Of a DNA stretch of 64,000 nt, positions 10,591 to 23,200 are shown one piece after another. The position numbers and the translations under genes were made by a program. Numbering within the stretch: position 1 is the first letter of the stretch; every line of letters starts with the position of its first letter. The stretch lies in the NCBI GenBank assembly GCA_004022145.1, contig RCNU01000003.1; one strand, given 5' to 3'. Below the pieces are notes generated by a model. That model worked only from the letters and a program-made list of their open reading frames with translations, had not been told where the DNA came from and did not search any database. This DNA comes from Paecilomyces variotii (taxonomy: Eukaryota).

Positions 10591-12924
10591 ATGACTGAAA
10601 AAGCAGCCGCAGACATTATCGACGCCTCGCACAATGAAGATGTGCTTCCGGCAACCAAGGTTGATCCGCCATCTCGGCGCGACTCAATCGCTGTTAACAT
10701 CGTTGAGAACCCCTTGAAGGTGAGCTTTGCAGAGCCAATCCCTCACGCACGGCAAGTATCTGTTGACGTCGAACCTTTTCACCGTAGCGAGTCTCCACGG
10801 AACAGGCTGTAGCAGATGCTCGGGCCTACGCTCAGTCACATGGCATGCCTGAGCACGCCGACCTTTTTGGTCGGGCTGCTCTCGTCGCGCGAGACCCGGA
10901 AAGATTCGAGATGGTCGCCGAGCTTGATGAACGAGAGCGCAGTGCGCTCGCCTACGAGAGGGACCACAAATGGCACGGTCCGTTCATGCTGTGGTACTCA
11001 ATTGGTCTGTGTGCTATTGGGGCTGCCACGCAAGGATGGGACCAGACTGGTTCGAACGGAGCCAACTTGTCGTTCCCCGAAGAATTTGGTATAAACGGTA
11101 AAGGAAGAGATGAATGGATTGTGGGGCTCATCAATGCCATTATCTTCTTAACTGCCGGTCTCATGTAAGTGTGCTGCTATGCTCGGTTGACATCTGTAAC
11201 TGACTTCGGCAACAGTGGCGCTTTCATCGTCGATCCGCTCAATCACTACTTAGGCCGAAGAGGTGAGATCTTTCTCACGGCTTGCTGTCTTACTGCAACC
11301 CCAATTGGTTCCGGTTTCGCAAAATCATGGCAAGGGCTGTTCGCGGCGCGCTTCATTATGGGTATCGGTATCGGTGCCAAAAATGCCACAGTCCCCATAT
11401 ACTCGTCTGAAATGGCCCCGGCTAGAATTCGAGGTGCTCTCGTCATGTTCTGGCAGCTTTGGGTGGTAGTTGGTAAGCCTCCTCTTATCACTTGTCCTGG
11501 GCCGTTAATAATCGTCGCGGACAGGTATCTTCTTGGGCTTCTGTGCCAATGTCATTGTCAAAGATACTGGTCGCATTTCTTGGCGTCTCCAACTGGGTTC
11601 AGCATTTATCCCATCCTTCATTCTGGGCGTTGGTATCTTCTTCTGTCCCGAATCCCCTCGTTGGCTCATGAAGCATGGAAAGCATGCCCAAGGGTTCCAA
11701 TCTATGTTACGCTTGCGGGCTCATCCCATAATCGCCGCAAGAGACTTTTACTACTCGTTCGTTATCTACGAGGAAGAAGTTAGGGAAGCTCGTGGTGCGG
11801 GCTACTTCTCCCGTCTGTGGGATTGTTTCACTGTACCTCGGATCAGGAGAGCAAACTATGGTGCCTCTACAGTTATGATTGCCCAGCAGATGTGTGGTAT
11901 CAACAGTAGGTTACCTCTGAGTTCTTGTCACTTGTCACTTCTAACATACTGCAGTCATCTCTTTTTATAGCTCAACTATCTTCGAAAACGTTGGTTACAC
12001 AGCGACCCAGGCTCTGTACGCTTCTCTCGGCTACGGTGCTATTCAGGTCGTATCCACTATCCCTACTGTGTTCCTCATCGATACTAAGGGCCGAAGAACC
12101 TTAACTTTGAGTGTGAGTCCCTCTGGAATGTGTGTGAATGGATATAACTGATAGTCTCTTTTATCAAGACTTTTCCACTTATGTGCATCTTCTTATTGGC
12201 TGGAGGTCTATCTCTTCTGAACACAACTGGTAGCCGTGGCTCACAAATTGGACCAGTTGTCCTGTAAGTTATCTTAGCATATCTGGAATTCTGAACTGAG
12301 CTAACTACGTTTGTGCACTAGATTCGTCTATCTCTTCACAATTTGTTATTCGTTGGGCGAGGGACCAGTTGCCTTCCAGTACTCTGCCGAGGTGTTCCCT
12401 ACTATCCAGAGAGAACAGGGAATGGCCTGGGCGGTTTGCATCAACAACACTTTCGGTGGGTATTTATAAATCTTATATCCACCAGCATTCACTGACAAAT
12501 TGTGGTGCAGCCGGTATTCTTAGTTTAACCTTCCCTCGAATGAAAACGGTTATGACTCCAACCGGTGCCTGTAAGTGGATACGCCAGACTCTCTCGCGAG
12601 GTGCTTTACTGACCTTCACTCTAGTCGGCTTCTATGCTGGTCTCAACCTTATTGCTTGGTTCATGATCTTCTGCTTTGTTAGAGAAACCAAGCAATTAAC
12701 CCTGGAAGAGTTAGACCGTAAGTGGACTTCCTTTCAATTCAATTCGCCTTTCATTAACCATTACCGCAGAGGTATTCTCTGTTCCGACAAAGGATTTTAT
12801 CCGTTACGAATTGACCGTGTGGCTTCCTTGGTTTATAAGACGGCATATCTTCCGACAGTATATCCCCAAGCCACCACCAATCATCGCAAAGGCTGAGAGG
12901 TTCGACGCTATCAGCGCGGCGTAA
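10591..12924 (+). CDS. MFS sugar-porter family transporter (multi-exon; polyol/myo-inositol-like)
   Basis: [55 protein letters not shown] and [12 protein letters not shown] motifs. Multiple GT..AG introns. Confidence 0.9.
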
Positions 12925-14708
12925 GGTTTGTTGACGAGGATTGGTTTGGATACACAGTATAGTTTCGATGTCTCTTTGTCCCGATATATATGTTATGCTA
13001 TATGTGCTCGGCGTCGGACCCCTCTAGTCCTCTATGTTGACGCGTACCAAGTCGAGCTGCAATATGTCGGCGCTCACGGCTTCTGTGGAAGCGAGGTGCA
13101 AACCGCTGCTACTACCCTATACAAACTGGGTAGCAGCTGCAACGAGAAGCCACCTACATCGATCAAGATAGGATCATAGCAGACACGCTGGAACCATGGA
13201 ACGCTCAAGACAGTATTCCAGCGCAGCTCCAGGCAGCAGGGATGTCAGGACAGAGTCGTGGGTATAAATAGCTGATAGATTTCGGTACCCTCTAGTTCTC
13301 TAAGCAATCAAGATTTTATTCCCGCATCAAATGCTTATCCAGTGTCTTTGCTTCCGTGGTCCTAGATCCCAACACAAAACCTAAATAAGGGGTATGGGTA
13401 ATCAAGATCAACAGTATATTATTTAAAGCACATGTTTAGCTTCTGCTTTTGCTTCCGAGATCCTAGAACTCGACAGAATACAATATGGTTACTTGGACTT
13501 GACCTGTAGGTTTCACAGTGCTGAGGAAGCTTGATAACATAACCTATCTGAGAGGGGAGTTTGTGCACACGTCCTGGTATCGGTAGATAAGTAGGATTAG
13601 GTTCTAGAGAAAAGAACTATAAGTATTATTATATAACATCCTTCCGTATAGTTAGCTTTAAAATTTCTGGTTAAGAAATTTTGTGCTCCCGCTGGGGCAC
13701 GACAAGATTTCTCTCAGAATGAGAAACATTCAGCACGGCATGGTCACCATTATGAGGAATGATTTGTGAACCCTCAAGTTCTTGGTAGACAACATTATAC
13801 TGATCCTAAGGTCGTTATTACGCAATTATGGTTACTATTAGACTCTCTACACCACTCCCGGACTATAAAAGGACCACCTCCCAGTGGAGGCATAGACGAG
13901 AAGCTAATTGATTGTATAACGCAAAGGAGAAATATCCTCTTGGTCGCTCGGATTTGACAGTTACTGTATTTAAGGGCGTACATGACTGATCGTAAAAGAT
14001 GAGCCCCAGCGGTTGTGCATAGAAATTGAACCTTGAAATCGGTATCTATCATGCCTAATGTCAAAACCATCATTTACCTTAAGCATCCATCGCTGCTAAA
14101 TGCCAGGTTCTAGGTAGGAAATGCGATATTGTCAATTATGAGTCCATTTACCGCGTGACCAATTTCTTTTCTCCCTTTTCCGATGTCGGCTGATCAGCAT
14201 TGCTACAAATGCAAGATTTTTCCTACGTCCGTATTGCCCGAGAGATCTGCAGCTGTGGATTCTGCACGGGAATAGCTACATATTGTAGATCACGACCATA
14301 AGGAGTAATTCGTGCGAGCTCTATAGATGTGCGAATAATTGACAGTTCGGCGCCTGGACTTTGCCTATGGGGTCCACAGGTCTAGCTTTAAGGTTTGCCC
14401 ACTGGTAACGGTCTATAGGTAAAACGTACGAGCCACATCGATCAATAAAGCATTGAGTTCTCGCTGATTTAATGTGCTAAGCGTTTGGAGGAGACGTTAT
14501 GAACATCTTTATTCGTTGGAATAATGGAGCACCATGTATTAAGCGTATGATAGCTGCCACATGGGGTCAGGGGGCTTGACTCGCTAGGGTTTTAAAACAT
14601 GCAATATATCCATGGCTGTATAAAAGTTACTAGGTCTGCTAATATATGAATGGTATCTCCCGTACATACTGATTGAAAGTCAGCCGACACAACTGTTCTC
14701 TATATACA

Positions 14709-15785
14709 ATGGCTCCTTCTCCCTTTCCTTCCACCCAGACGGCAATCATCGCTGCTGATAGTGCTGGCAGCCTTAAAATCGCCGATGATGTGCCTGTTAT
14801 TGATCTTGAGCCCGATGCAGTGCTGATTCATACTGCCGCATTGGCTCTCAACCCAGTGGACACGAAAATGCTTCATGGTTTTGCCTACCCTGGAGCTATT
14901 CTTGGGTTTGACTTTGCCGGCACTGTGGCCGCTGTTGGCTCTGCGGTGACAAGGCCACTTCAACCTGGTGACCGCGTCTGTGGTAGTGCAGACAGTATGA
15001 ATAGACAGCGACCCAGTGGGGGAGCATTTGCCAAGTATACTTCCTGTCCTGCATCGCTGGTGGTCAAGATCCCGGCCGATATGCCTTTCACTGATGCAGC
15101 AGGGTTGGGAACATCACTGGCCTCTGCAGGCTTGGCACTCTTCCATTCTCTTAAACTGCCGGCTTCACTTGAATACCCTGCCGACAGGCCCATCTATGTG
15201 CTGATCAACGGTGGCAGCACGGCAACGGGAACGATGGCCATCCAGCTCCTCCGAGGGTGTAATCTCCGCCCAATCGTCACCTGCTCCCCTGACCACGTCG
15301 AGTTGGTGACATCTTACGGCGCCGAAAAGGCATTCAACTATCATTCACCGACCTGCGCTCAGGATATTCGAGCCTATACGCGAAACGCCCTGGCTTTCGC
15401 GGTCGACTGCATCACACAACCGTCCACGATGAAGCTTTGCTACGATGCCATTGGGCGTGCCGGCGGCAGATATGTGGCTCTAGATCCTTTCCTGGAGTCG
15501 CAAAATACGCGGAAAGTTGTCAAACCCAACTGGATCCTCGCCACGAGCGTGACGGGCCGGGGCTGCTCGTGGCCAGCTCCCTACGGACGGGATGGAGACC
15601 GCGAGATTCGGGCTTGGGCCGAGGGCTTCTTTTCCACAGTACAGCCGCTCATAGAAGCAGGTCGGATCCGATCCCATCCGGTCAAGATCTGTCCAGGCGG
15701 GCTTCCCGGCATCCTCGAGGGCATCGAGTCTATTCGACGGAAAGAGGTGCGGGGTTTTAAACTGGTGTATCCAATGGAGTGGTGA
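14709..15785 (+). CDS. Trans-acting enoyl reductase (LovC-like, MDR superfamily)
   Basis: ALNPVDTKM, GFDFAGTV, GDRVCG, INGGSTATGTMAIQLL, TCSP, YGAEKAFNY and the C-terminal VRGFKLVY. It sits directly upstream of a PKS-NRPS that lacks an active ER. Confidence 0.92.
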   Translation: MAPSPFPSTQTAIIAADSAGSLKIADDVPVIDLEPDAVLIHTAALALNPVDTKMLHGFAYPGAILGFDFAGTVAAVGSAVTRPLQPGDRVCGSADSMNRQRPSGGAFAKYTSCPASLVVKIPADMPFTDAAGLGTSLASAGLALFHSLKLPASLEYPADRPIYVLINGGSTATGTMAIQLLRGCNLRPIVTCSPDHVELVTSYGAEKAFNYHSPTCAQDIRAYTRNALAFAVDCITQPSTMKLCYDAIGRAGGRYVALDPFLESQNTRKVVKPNWILATSVTGRGCSWPAPYGRDGDREIRAWAEGFFSTVQPLIEAGRIRSHPVKICPGGLPGILEGIESIRRKEVRGFKLVYPMEW

Positions 15786-17297
15786 AGGAGTTCTAGATAT
15801 CTTTTGTGCATAAGAACAATGTCTTCCCTTCCTCCGTCTCGCTTACGTGTCCCGTTAAGGATTGACATTACAACCGGCGGTAATACATATATCTAGCTTG
15901 GCAAGTTTTCATGGTGCAATAATGTTTCTATGATAGACAGTGCAACGGCAGCTTCAGCTTCAGGATCGACAACACTAGGCATAACTCGGTGGCAGTTCCG
16001 AGGATAAGCATTCTGAAGCTTTTTAGTTTCCCCCATTCTAACTGGGGTATCGTCATCATGCTCGCTTAATGTGTACCTGCATGATATCCTAGTGGGGAAG
16101 AAGCCCGGCCGCTAGGCAAGGGCTCGAATGTAGAATTCTGATTATCTGATAATCTAATCTGATCATCATGCAACACGGCCGTTACGCACTTAGGCGCACC
16201 ATGTATCCACGTCTATCATGTCGGCTGATACACATTTCCAAAGATCGATTCTCCCGCCTCTCTCCCTTTTTTTTTTCTTTTTTCTTCCATTAAGCAATGA
16301 CCTCTACATTGCGTGGTCCAGGACAGGGACAGGGGCTTTTGCATTGATTTTGCGCTTAAAGTAGTATATATAGCTCTCTAGGGTAAAATGGCTACCTGTA
16401 AGGTTGAATGAATCCAAGGAAATCGGTTGGTAAATTAGGATTCACCTTGTCGATCCTACTAAATATTGGGATCCCTGAAATGTAATCTAAACCGAAGGGC
16501 GCGCAAGATGTGGACACATGTTCATAGAGTGTTTATTGACACATCAAGATAACCCCACCTTACTACCATCCCGGCTGCCTTTATTTCCTGCCTGATGTTT
16601 TTGTTTCGTACCTCGCACTATTCTCATCTTATACCACTTCCTTTCCTGTCTGTAGTCATTTGCCAAGATAGATAGTGGGAAATGGTTAGCCAAACCTTAA
16701 CAAAGAAGCGGAGAATGGGTCCATAATAATCTTATAACGAACCGTCTTTTTTGTCATTAGCATACTCACAACTGCAGATCACATACAAAGAACATAACAA
16801 AGAACATGCGTTGCATGTGCGTATTCTAAAATAATGCCACCACAGCGCTTAATGCAAGTAACACACCAATTACTATTTTTTTTTCTCATGTTCCTTTTAG
16901 CAGTAAGTCTGTAGTAAGTTTTGGAATAGATGTTCCAGTAATTGGGGACTCATGCAGGTCCATAGGTAGTCTTCTTTATAGAATGAGCGCTGGTTAGCAA
17001 AATCACCGAGCTTCTATTCAAGAGTTAAACGGCCATGCCTTGCTTTCCTAGGAGAGTTAGATTCGCTAGTACATAGTCGAAAGACAAAGGAAGGCATTGG
17101 CCCGAAATACACTCGGGAAGGGTCTTACTCTGATGAGCACAAAAGCTAGAAAGTGACCCATATGTACGAATACTTTATCTTCCCTAATATTCGTTTTATC
17201 CCGCATTGGTTCTGTTTGAGGATTTATCTCGTCCATATGTCCCAAAGAACACCGCTGCTTGCTGAGACTTGTATTATATGGTTGCTTTTGTCATAGA

Positions 17298-20200
17298 ATG
17301 ACTCCTCCGCGTGAGCCTATTGCCATCATCGGGAGCGGCTGCCGACTTCCAGGAGATGCAAGCTCTCCATCAAAGCTATGGGAGCTTCTCCGAGACCCCC
17401 GAGACGTGTCGCGAAAAATCGACCGGTTCAACGCCCAAGGCTTCTACCATCATGATGGCCATTATCACGGTGCTAGCAACGTGACTGATGCTTATCTATT
17501 ATCAGAGGATCCTCGGGCATTCGATGCTCAGTTCTTTGGGATACAAGCTGGTGAAGCTGACGCGATCGATCCTCAGCAACGATTGCTACTTGAGACGGTA
17601 TACGAGTCTTTAGAGTCAGCCGGACTACCATTGGAGGAGATGCGAGGTTCCACTACAGCCGTGTATGTCGGCGTTATGTGCGATGACTATGGTGGAATCG
17701 TGTACCACGATTGAGAAGCAATCCCTACCTACGCGGCAACTGGCATTGCCCGTAGTATATTATCGAATCGTGTGTCCTACGTGTTCGACTGGCATGGTCC
17801 ATCCATGACAATTGATACAGCTTGCTCCTCCAGTCTAGTGGCAGTCCATCAAGCAGTTCAAGTCTTGCGAGAGGGAACTTCAAAAGTGGCCGTGGCCGCT
17901 GGCGCGAATCTGATATTCAGCCCAAGTAAATTATCTCCCCCGTGATGGTTATCTCTTCGCGCTGACACAGAAATAAGACATGTTCATTGCCGAGACAAAC
18001 CTCAATATGCTTTCCGCGACCGGAAAGTCGCAAATGTGGGATGCCAATGCCAACGGTTACGCCCGTGGTGAGGGAACCGCCGCCGTGGTTATGAAGCTCC
18101 TTAGTACTGCTGTCGCGGATGGCGATTGCATCGAATGTATCATCCGCGAGACGGGGGTGAATCAAGATGGTCATACCACAGGAATTACCATGCCGAGTCA
18201 AGAGGCTCAGACGAAACTAATACAAGAAACATATACACGTGCCTGCCTTGACTTGCGCAATCCTGCTGACCGTTGTCAGTATTTCGAGGCTCATGGCACT
18301 GGCACAAAGGCAGGCGATGGTGTTGAATCCAAGGCCATCTACAATGCTTTTTTCCAGACGGGACATAGCAATATCTCAGACGAGAGACTTTTTGTCGGGT
18401 CTATCAAGACCATCGTTGGCCACACGGAAGGGACAGCCGGTCTAGCTGGCGTCTTGAAAGCGTCCCTCGCTGTTCAACATGGTGTCATTCCGCCTAACCT
18501 TCATTTCAAAGAGCTCAACCCGGAGATTGCGCCGTATTACGAGAAGCTGCGGATTCCGACTGAACCGCAAGAATGGCCACCACTACCAACACATGCGGTG
18601 CGTCGGGTCAGTGTCAATAGCTTTGGTTTCGGCGGGACCAACGCTCACGCTATCATCGAATGCTATGATCCAGAGTATCATGGCTGTAATACAGTATTGC
18701 CACAGCTTCAACCTGGAGGCTCTTCTGTCAATACATTGCCGTTGACTTTGTCTGCCACTTCGGAAAAGTCATTATCAAACCTGATCTCTCGGTATCTGGA
18801 GCATATCAAGAATAACCCTGACGAAGATTTGCGTCGTCTCTCTTGGACACTGCATTATCGACGTTCACTTTTTCCTTTCCGGGCCTCGTTCGCGGCTCCA
18901 TCAACAGATTCACTTATCCCTAAGCTACAGTCCGCTCTAGATGATAAGGGGGACTTTTTGACACGAAGAACACCGGAAAGGAAGTCCCTTCTAGGCGTGT
19001 TCACCGGCCAAGGAGCTCAGTGGGCAACTATGGGACGTGATCTCATCACGACATCTCCATTCGCTGAACAAGTCGTTGAGAGGCTGGAACAGGCCCTGCT
19101 GGGACTTCCAGCAGCAGATAGGCCCCGGTGGTCTCTTAGAGAACAGATGCTAGCGTCTACGGCCGAGTCGCGAGTTTCTGAAGGAGAGCTATCGCAGCCG
19201 CTCTGCACAGCTATACAGGTAATTATTGTCGACATGTTGAAGCAAGCTGATATTACCTTTGACGCTGTTGTCGGTCATTCCAGCGGCGAGATAGGCGCTG
19301 CGTACGCTGCAGGATTTATCAATGCTACCGACGCTATTCGTATAGCGTACTACCGTGGCCGATATGCACATCTAGCCCATGGACCGCAGGGTCAGCGAGG
19401 GGGGATGCTAGCGGCCGGAACAACTCTGGAGGATATTCAGGAGCTATGCGGAGTCCCTGCGTTTGAAGGTCGCGTCGTTATGGCCGCCTGCAACTCAGCC
19501 TCCAGTGTAACACTATCTGGAGATATGGATGCAATCGATGAGGTGAAAGAAGTGTTAGAAGATGAACATAAATTCAACCGGAAGCTTAAGGTGGACACAG
19601 CCTATCATTCCCATCACATGGTCCCTTGCTCTGTGCCGTACCAACAGTCGTTAGATGCATGTCGAATCGATATACAAGACCCAAACGGCCGCTGCCGATG
19701 GTATTCCTCGGTGCACAATGGCAAGAGGATGGATGTATGCGATGAGCTGAAGCATCAGTATTGGGTTAAGAACATGGTCAATCCAGTCTTATTTTCCCAG
19801 GCATTGGAGGCCGCCTTGACGCATGGTCCTACACCGACAATGGTCATTGAGGTTGGGCCTCACCCAGCGCTGAAAGGTCCAGCAACGTCAGTGATTGAAG
19901 AAATCCTTGGATTGAACCTCCCATATGTAGGAACTCTTGTCAGAGGCCAGGACGGCATCGATGCCCTAGCTTCAACCGTGGGATCTGTCTGCCGTTACTT
20001 TGGTCGATCTGCTGTCGACTTACGATCCTATGACCGGCTATTCGGCCACGGGGAGGATCCCTTGTTCCTCCGAGGCTTGCCATCCTATCCATGGGATCAT
20101 GACCGTTCATTTTGGTTCGAGTCCCGAGAGTCCAGATCGCATCGTCTGCGCAATAACCCTGCTCACCCTTTGCTTGGGGTGCGGTTATCCACCAGTAACG

Positions 20201-23200
20201 ACCGTGAATACCGTTGGCGCAACTACCTGAAGCCAGATGAGATTTCTTGGCTACATGGCCACAAGATCCAGGGTCAAACACTGTTCCCCGCCGCTGGTTT
20301 TCTGGTCATGGCGGTTGAAGCTGCTCGCTTCGTTGCCGGACATAGATCACAGCCTCTTAACATTGTCGAAATATCCAATTTCAACATCCATCGTGCGTTG
20401 GGATTCTACGACGATGAAAAAGGGGTCGAGATTCTTGCCACACTGTCCAATGTCACCATTAATTCTGCTGATGATGATGCGACCGCTGTTAGTGCAGACT
20501 TCACTTGTGACACCTGTCCCCAGAAAGACAATGGATCTTTCATCTCAGTTGCAAATGGCAGGATTAAATTGTTGCTAGGAGAGTCTTCGTCATCGACATT
20601 GATTGATCGCCCCGATATGGATTCGAGTATGATTGACGTCGACGTAAATATGTTCTATTCCTCTCTTCAGTCACTTGGATACAACTACGCGGGACTGTTT
20701 CGGAGTATCACTTCTTTACGGAGGACCACTGATGCAGCAATGGGAGAGATCCTCACGGCGGAAACCGTGAATGGAACAGAATATGCTTCTGAAGACTTTC
20801 TTCTGCATCCTGCTGCTCTCGATGTTGCCTTTCAAGCCATCTTTGCCGCTGTCAGTTATCCTGGAGACGGCGCTCTTTGGACGCTGCATATCCCCACCAC
20901 CATCCGGCGTGTAACGATCAATCCCGCTGGGTGCCTGCGAAATGGTGGTCTGAATGTTCCACTAGCCTTTTCAGCAAACTCCCAGATATCCCCCGGTGGA
21001 CAAATCTCCGGCGATGTGGATATCTTCCCGCACAATGGCCAGAACGCCTTCTGTCAGGTAGAAGGCCTGGAGGTCACGCCTCTCTCTCCTTCCACAGAGA
21101 AAGACGATCGCCAAATGTTTGCAGAGAGCCTGCAGTATATTGCTTCGCCAGACGCCGATATCGTGTTCAGACCGATCCTTTCCACAAGTGAGGACCAGAT
21201 AGAAGCGATACAGGTTGAACGATTAGCACTATACTACCTGCGCAAATTTCTCGGATCAACTGTAAACAAGCCTGGGTTCCGGATCTGGGCCCAGCGCGCA
21301 GTTGACATAATAGCGTCAGGAGAACATCCGACCTGCAGGCAGCAATGGCTTTTGGATACATGGGACGATGTAGAATCAGCATTAGGAGCCATCCGCCCAA
21401 GCTCCATCTATCAAAGTGATGTTAGGAGGATCAAGGCACTCGGCGAGACCTTTGAGCCAACAGGGGATGCTGAAATCTCCACTGAAATAAACAGGCTACG
21501 CGATTTCTATGAAGCTTCCTTCGGTGTATCACAATCGCGGCAATATTTGGCTTCCCTTACTTTCCAGATAACTCGACGTTACCCTCAAACGTCCATTCTG
21601 GAGCTGCAAACGGTAAATGGTAGCGCCACGAGGACAATCATCAACCATATTGGCAACTCTTTCTCGGCATATACCTGCACCGACTCATTTGATACGAGCT
21701 TCGACGCTCTACATGAAGAGTTTGGGTCTCTAGACCGTACCTTATTCTCGACTAAGAAGATTAACATTGATGAGGACCTTCAAGCACAAGGTTTCTCTGG
21801 TGGCTCATACGACCTCATAATTGCACCTAATGGTATACATGGCGTTCAGGAGTATTCCCAGGCTTTGAGAAATCTTCGCGCTCTTCTGAGACCAGGCGGC
21901 TACTTGCTGGTGCTGCAAGTAACCAACCCAGATACGTTGAGGGTTGGTCTCACCGTCGGTGCCTTGGATAGGTTGCCGGAGAGCTTTCACAGTCATGGGA
22001 CACCTTTCCTTGATTTGAGTGAATGGGACACACTCCTTCGAACCACTGGATTCTCCGGTGTTGACACTGCAACACCAGATGGCCCCGTTCCCTTTTCAGT
22101 CTTTGTTACCCAGGCAGTCGACACCCAGATCAATACCATGCGTCAGCCAATGGGCAATAGCAGTATTGTGATCGACCATCTTCTGATAATTGGAGGCCAC
22201 CGGTTCCCCGTATCGCGCACCGTACGAGAACTCCAAGAATTGCTGGGGCCATTCTGTAAAAGCATTACTACCATCAAGTCCATGGATGAGCTTGATGCTG
22301 CCACCCTCGTGTCGAGGCCACTTGTCCTCAGCGTGACGGAGCTGGATTCCCCGTTCTTTCTCTCTTTGACGCGACGTAAGTTCCAGGCATTGCAAAAGCT
22401 CTTCGATCGTTGCAAAACTGTGCTGTGGGCCGTTGAAGGTGCCAATGGGGAGCTTCCCCATGGTAACATGATGAAAGGCCTCGTGCGTTGCCTTCTCCCA
22501 GAGATGCCACATATCTTCGCACAGATCTTTAATTTCCAGCCATCCACCGCTGTCAAGGATCGGTCGCGAATACTAGCTCAAGCTATTTTACACCTACATA
22601 TTGCTAGTACCTGGAGAGACGGCTACGGCCCTCTTTGGAGCACCGAGCGCGAACTTACAATCGATGATGGCAAAGTTTATATCACAAGATATATACCGAA
22701 CGAGTTCCTAAATCGTGGATACAACGCGATTAGGCGACGCGTTACTGCCGAGGCCTCACTTGAGGATCGGACTATTGCAGTCATCACAGACAAGGAATCA
22801 TATGCCCTGCAACAATACCGCGTTCCGCCTGTCCCGAGATATATGCTTCTTCAGGGGGGACTCTGCACTGTCAAGATTCATTACTCTACTCTATGCTCGC
22901 TGAAGGTCGGAAATTTAGGCTACTTTTACTTGTGCTCTGGTATCGACCGAGAGTCTAATTCGTCTATCCTCATCCTCTCGGAGCAACACCAGTCTGTTCT
23001 GACAGTACCACGGACTCGCGTAGTTGCTTGCAATCTCCCGAGGAACCATGAACGCAATATGCTTATTTCTGTTGCCGGTGTACTTCTCGCTAATTCTATC
23101 ACAGAGAAGAATGGCGCTAACAGTACCATCATCGTATATGAACCACCTCCACTAATAGCCTATTTTGTTGCTCGAAAGGCTACCCAGAAAGGCATACATC

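Noticed and set aside
16698-16804. TAACAAAGAA (HMG-box/TR-box-like) twice upstream of the PKS, also at 1091 and 32455
   Set aside because: It is an A-rich word in AT-rich intergenic DNA, partly explained by a tiny local tandem duplication. Significance cannot be established by eye.
17663-17718. Potential intron (GTATGT...AG) that would skip the PKS stop codon
   Set aside because: The acceptors at 17715 and 17718 put the downstream KS sequence out of frame, and the intron would delete the conserved YVGVMCDDY motif.
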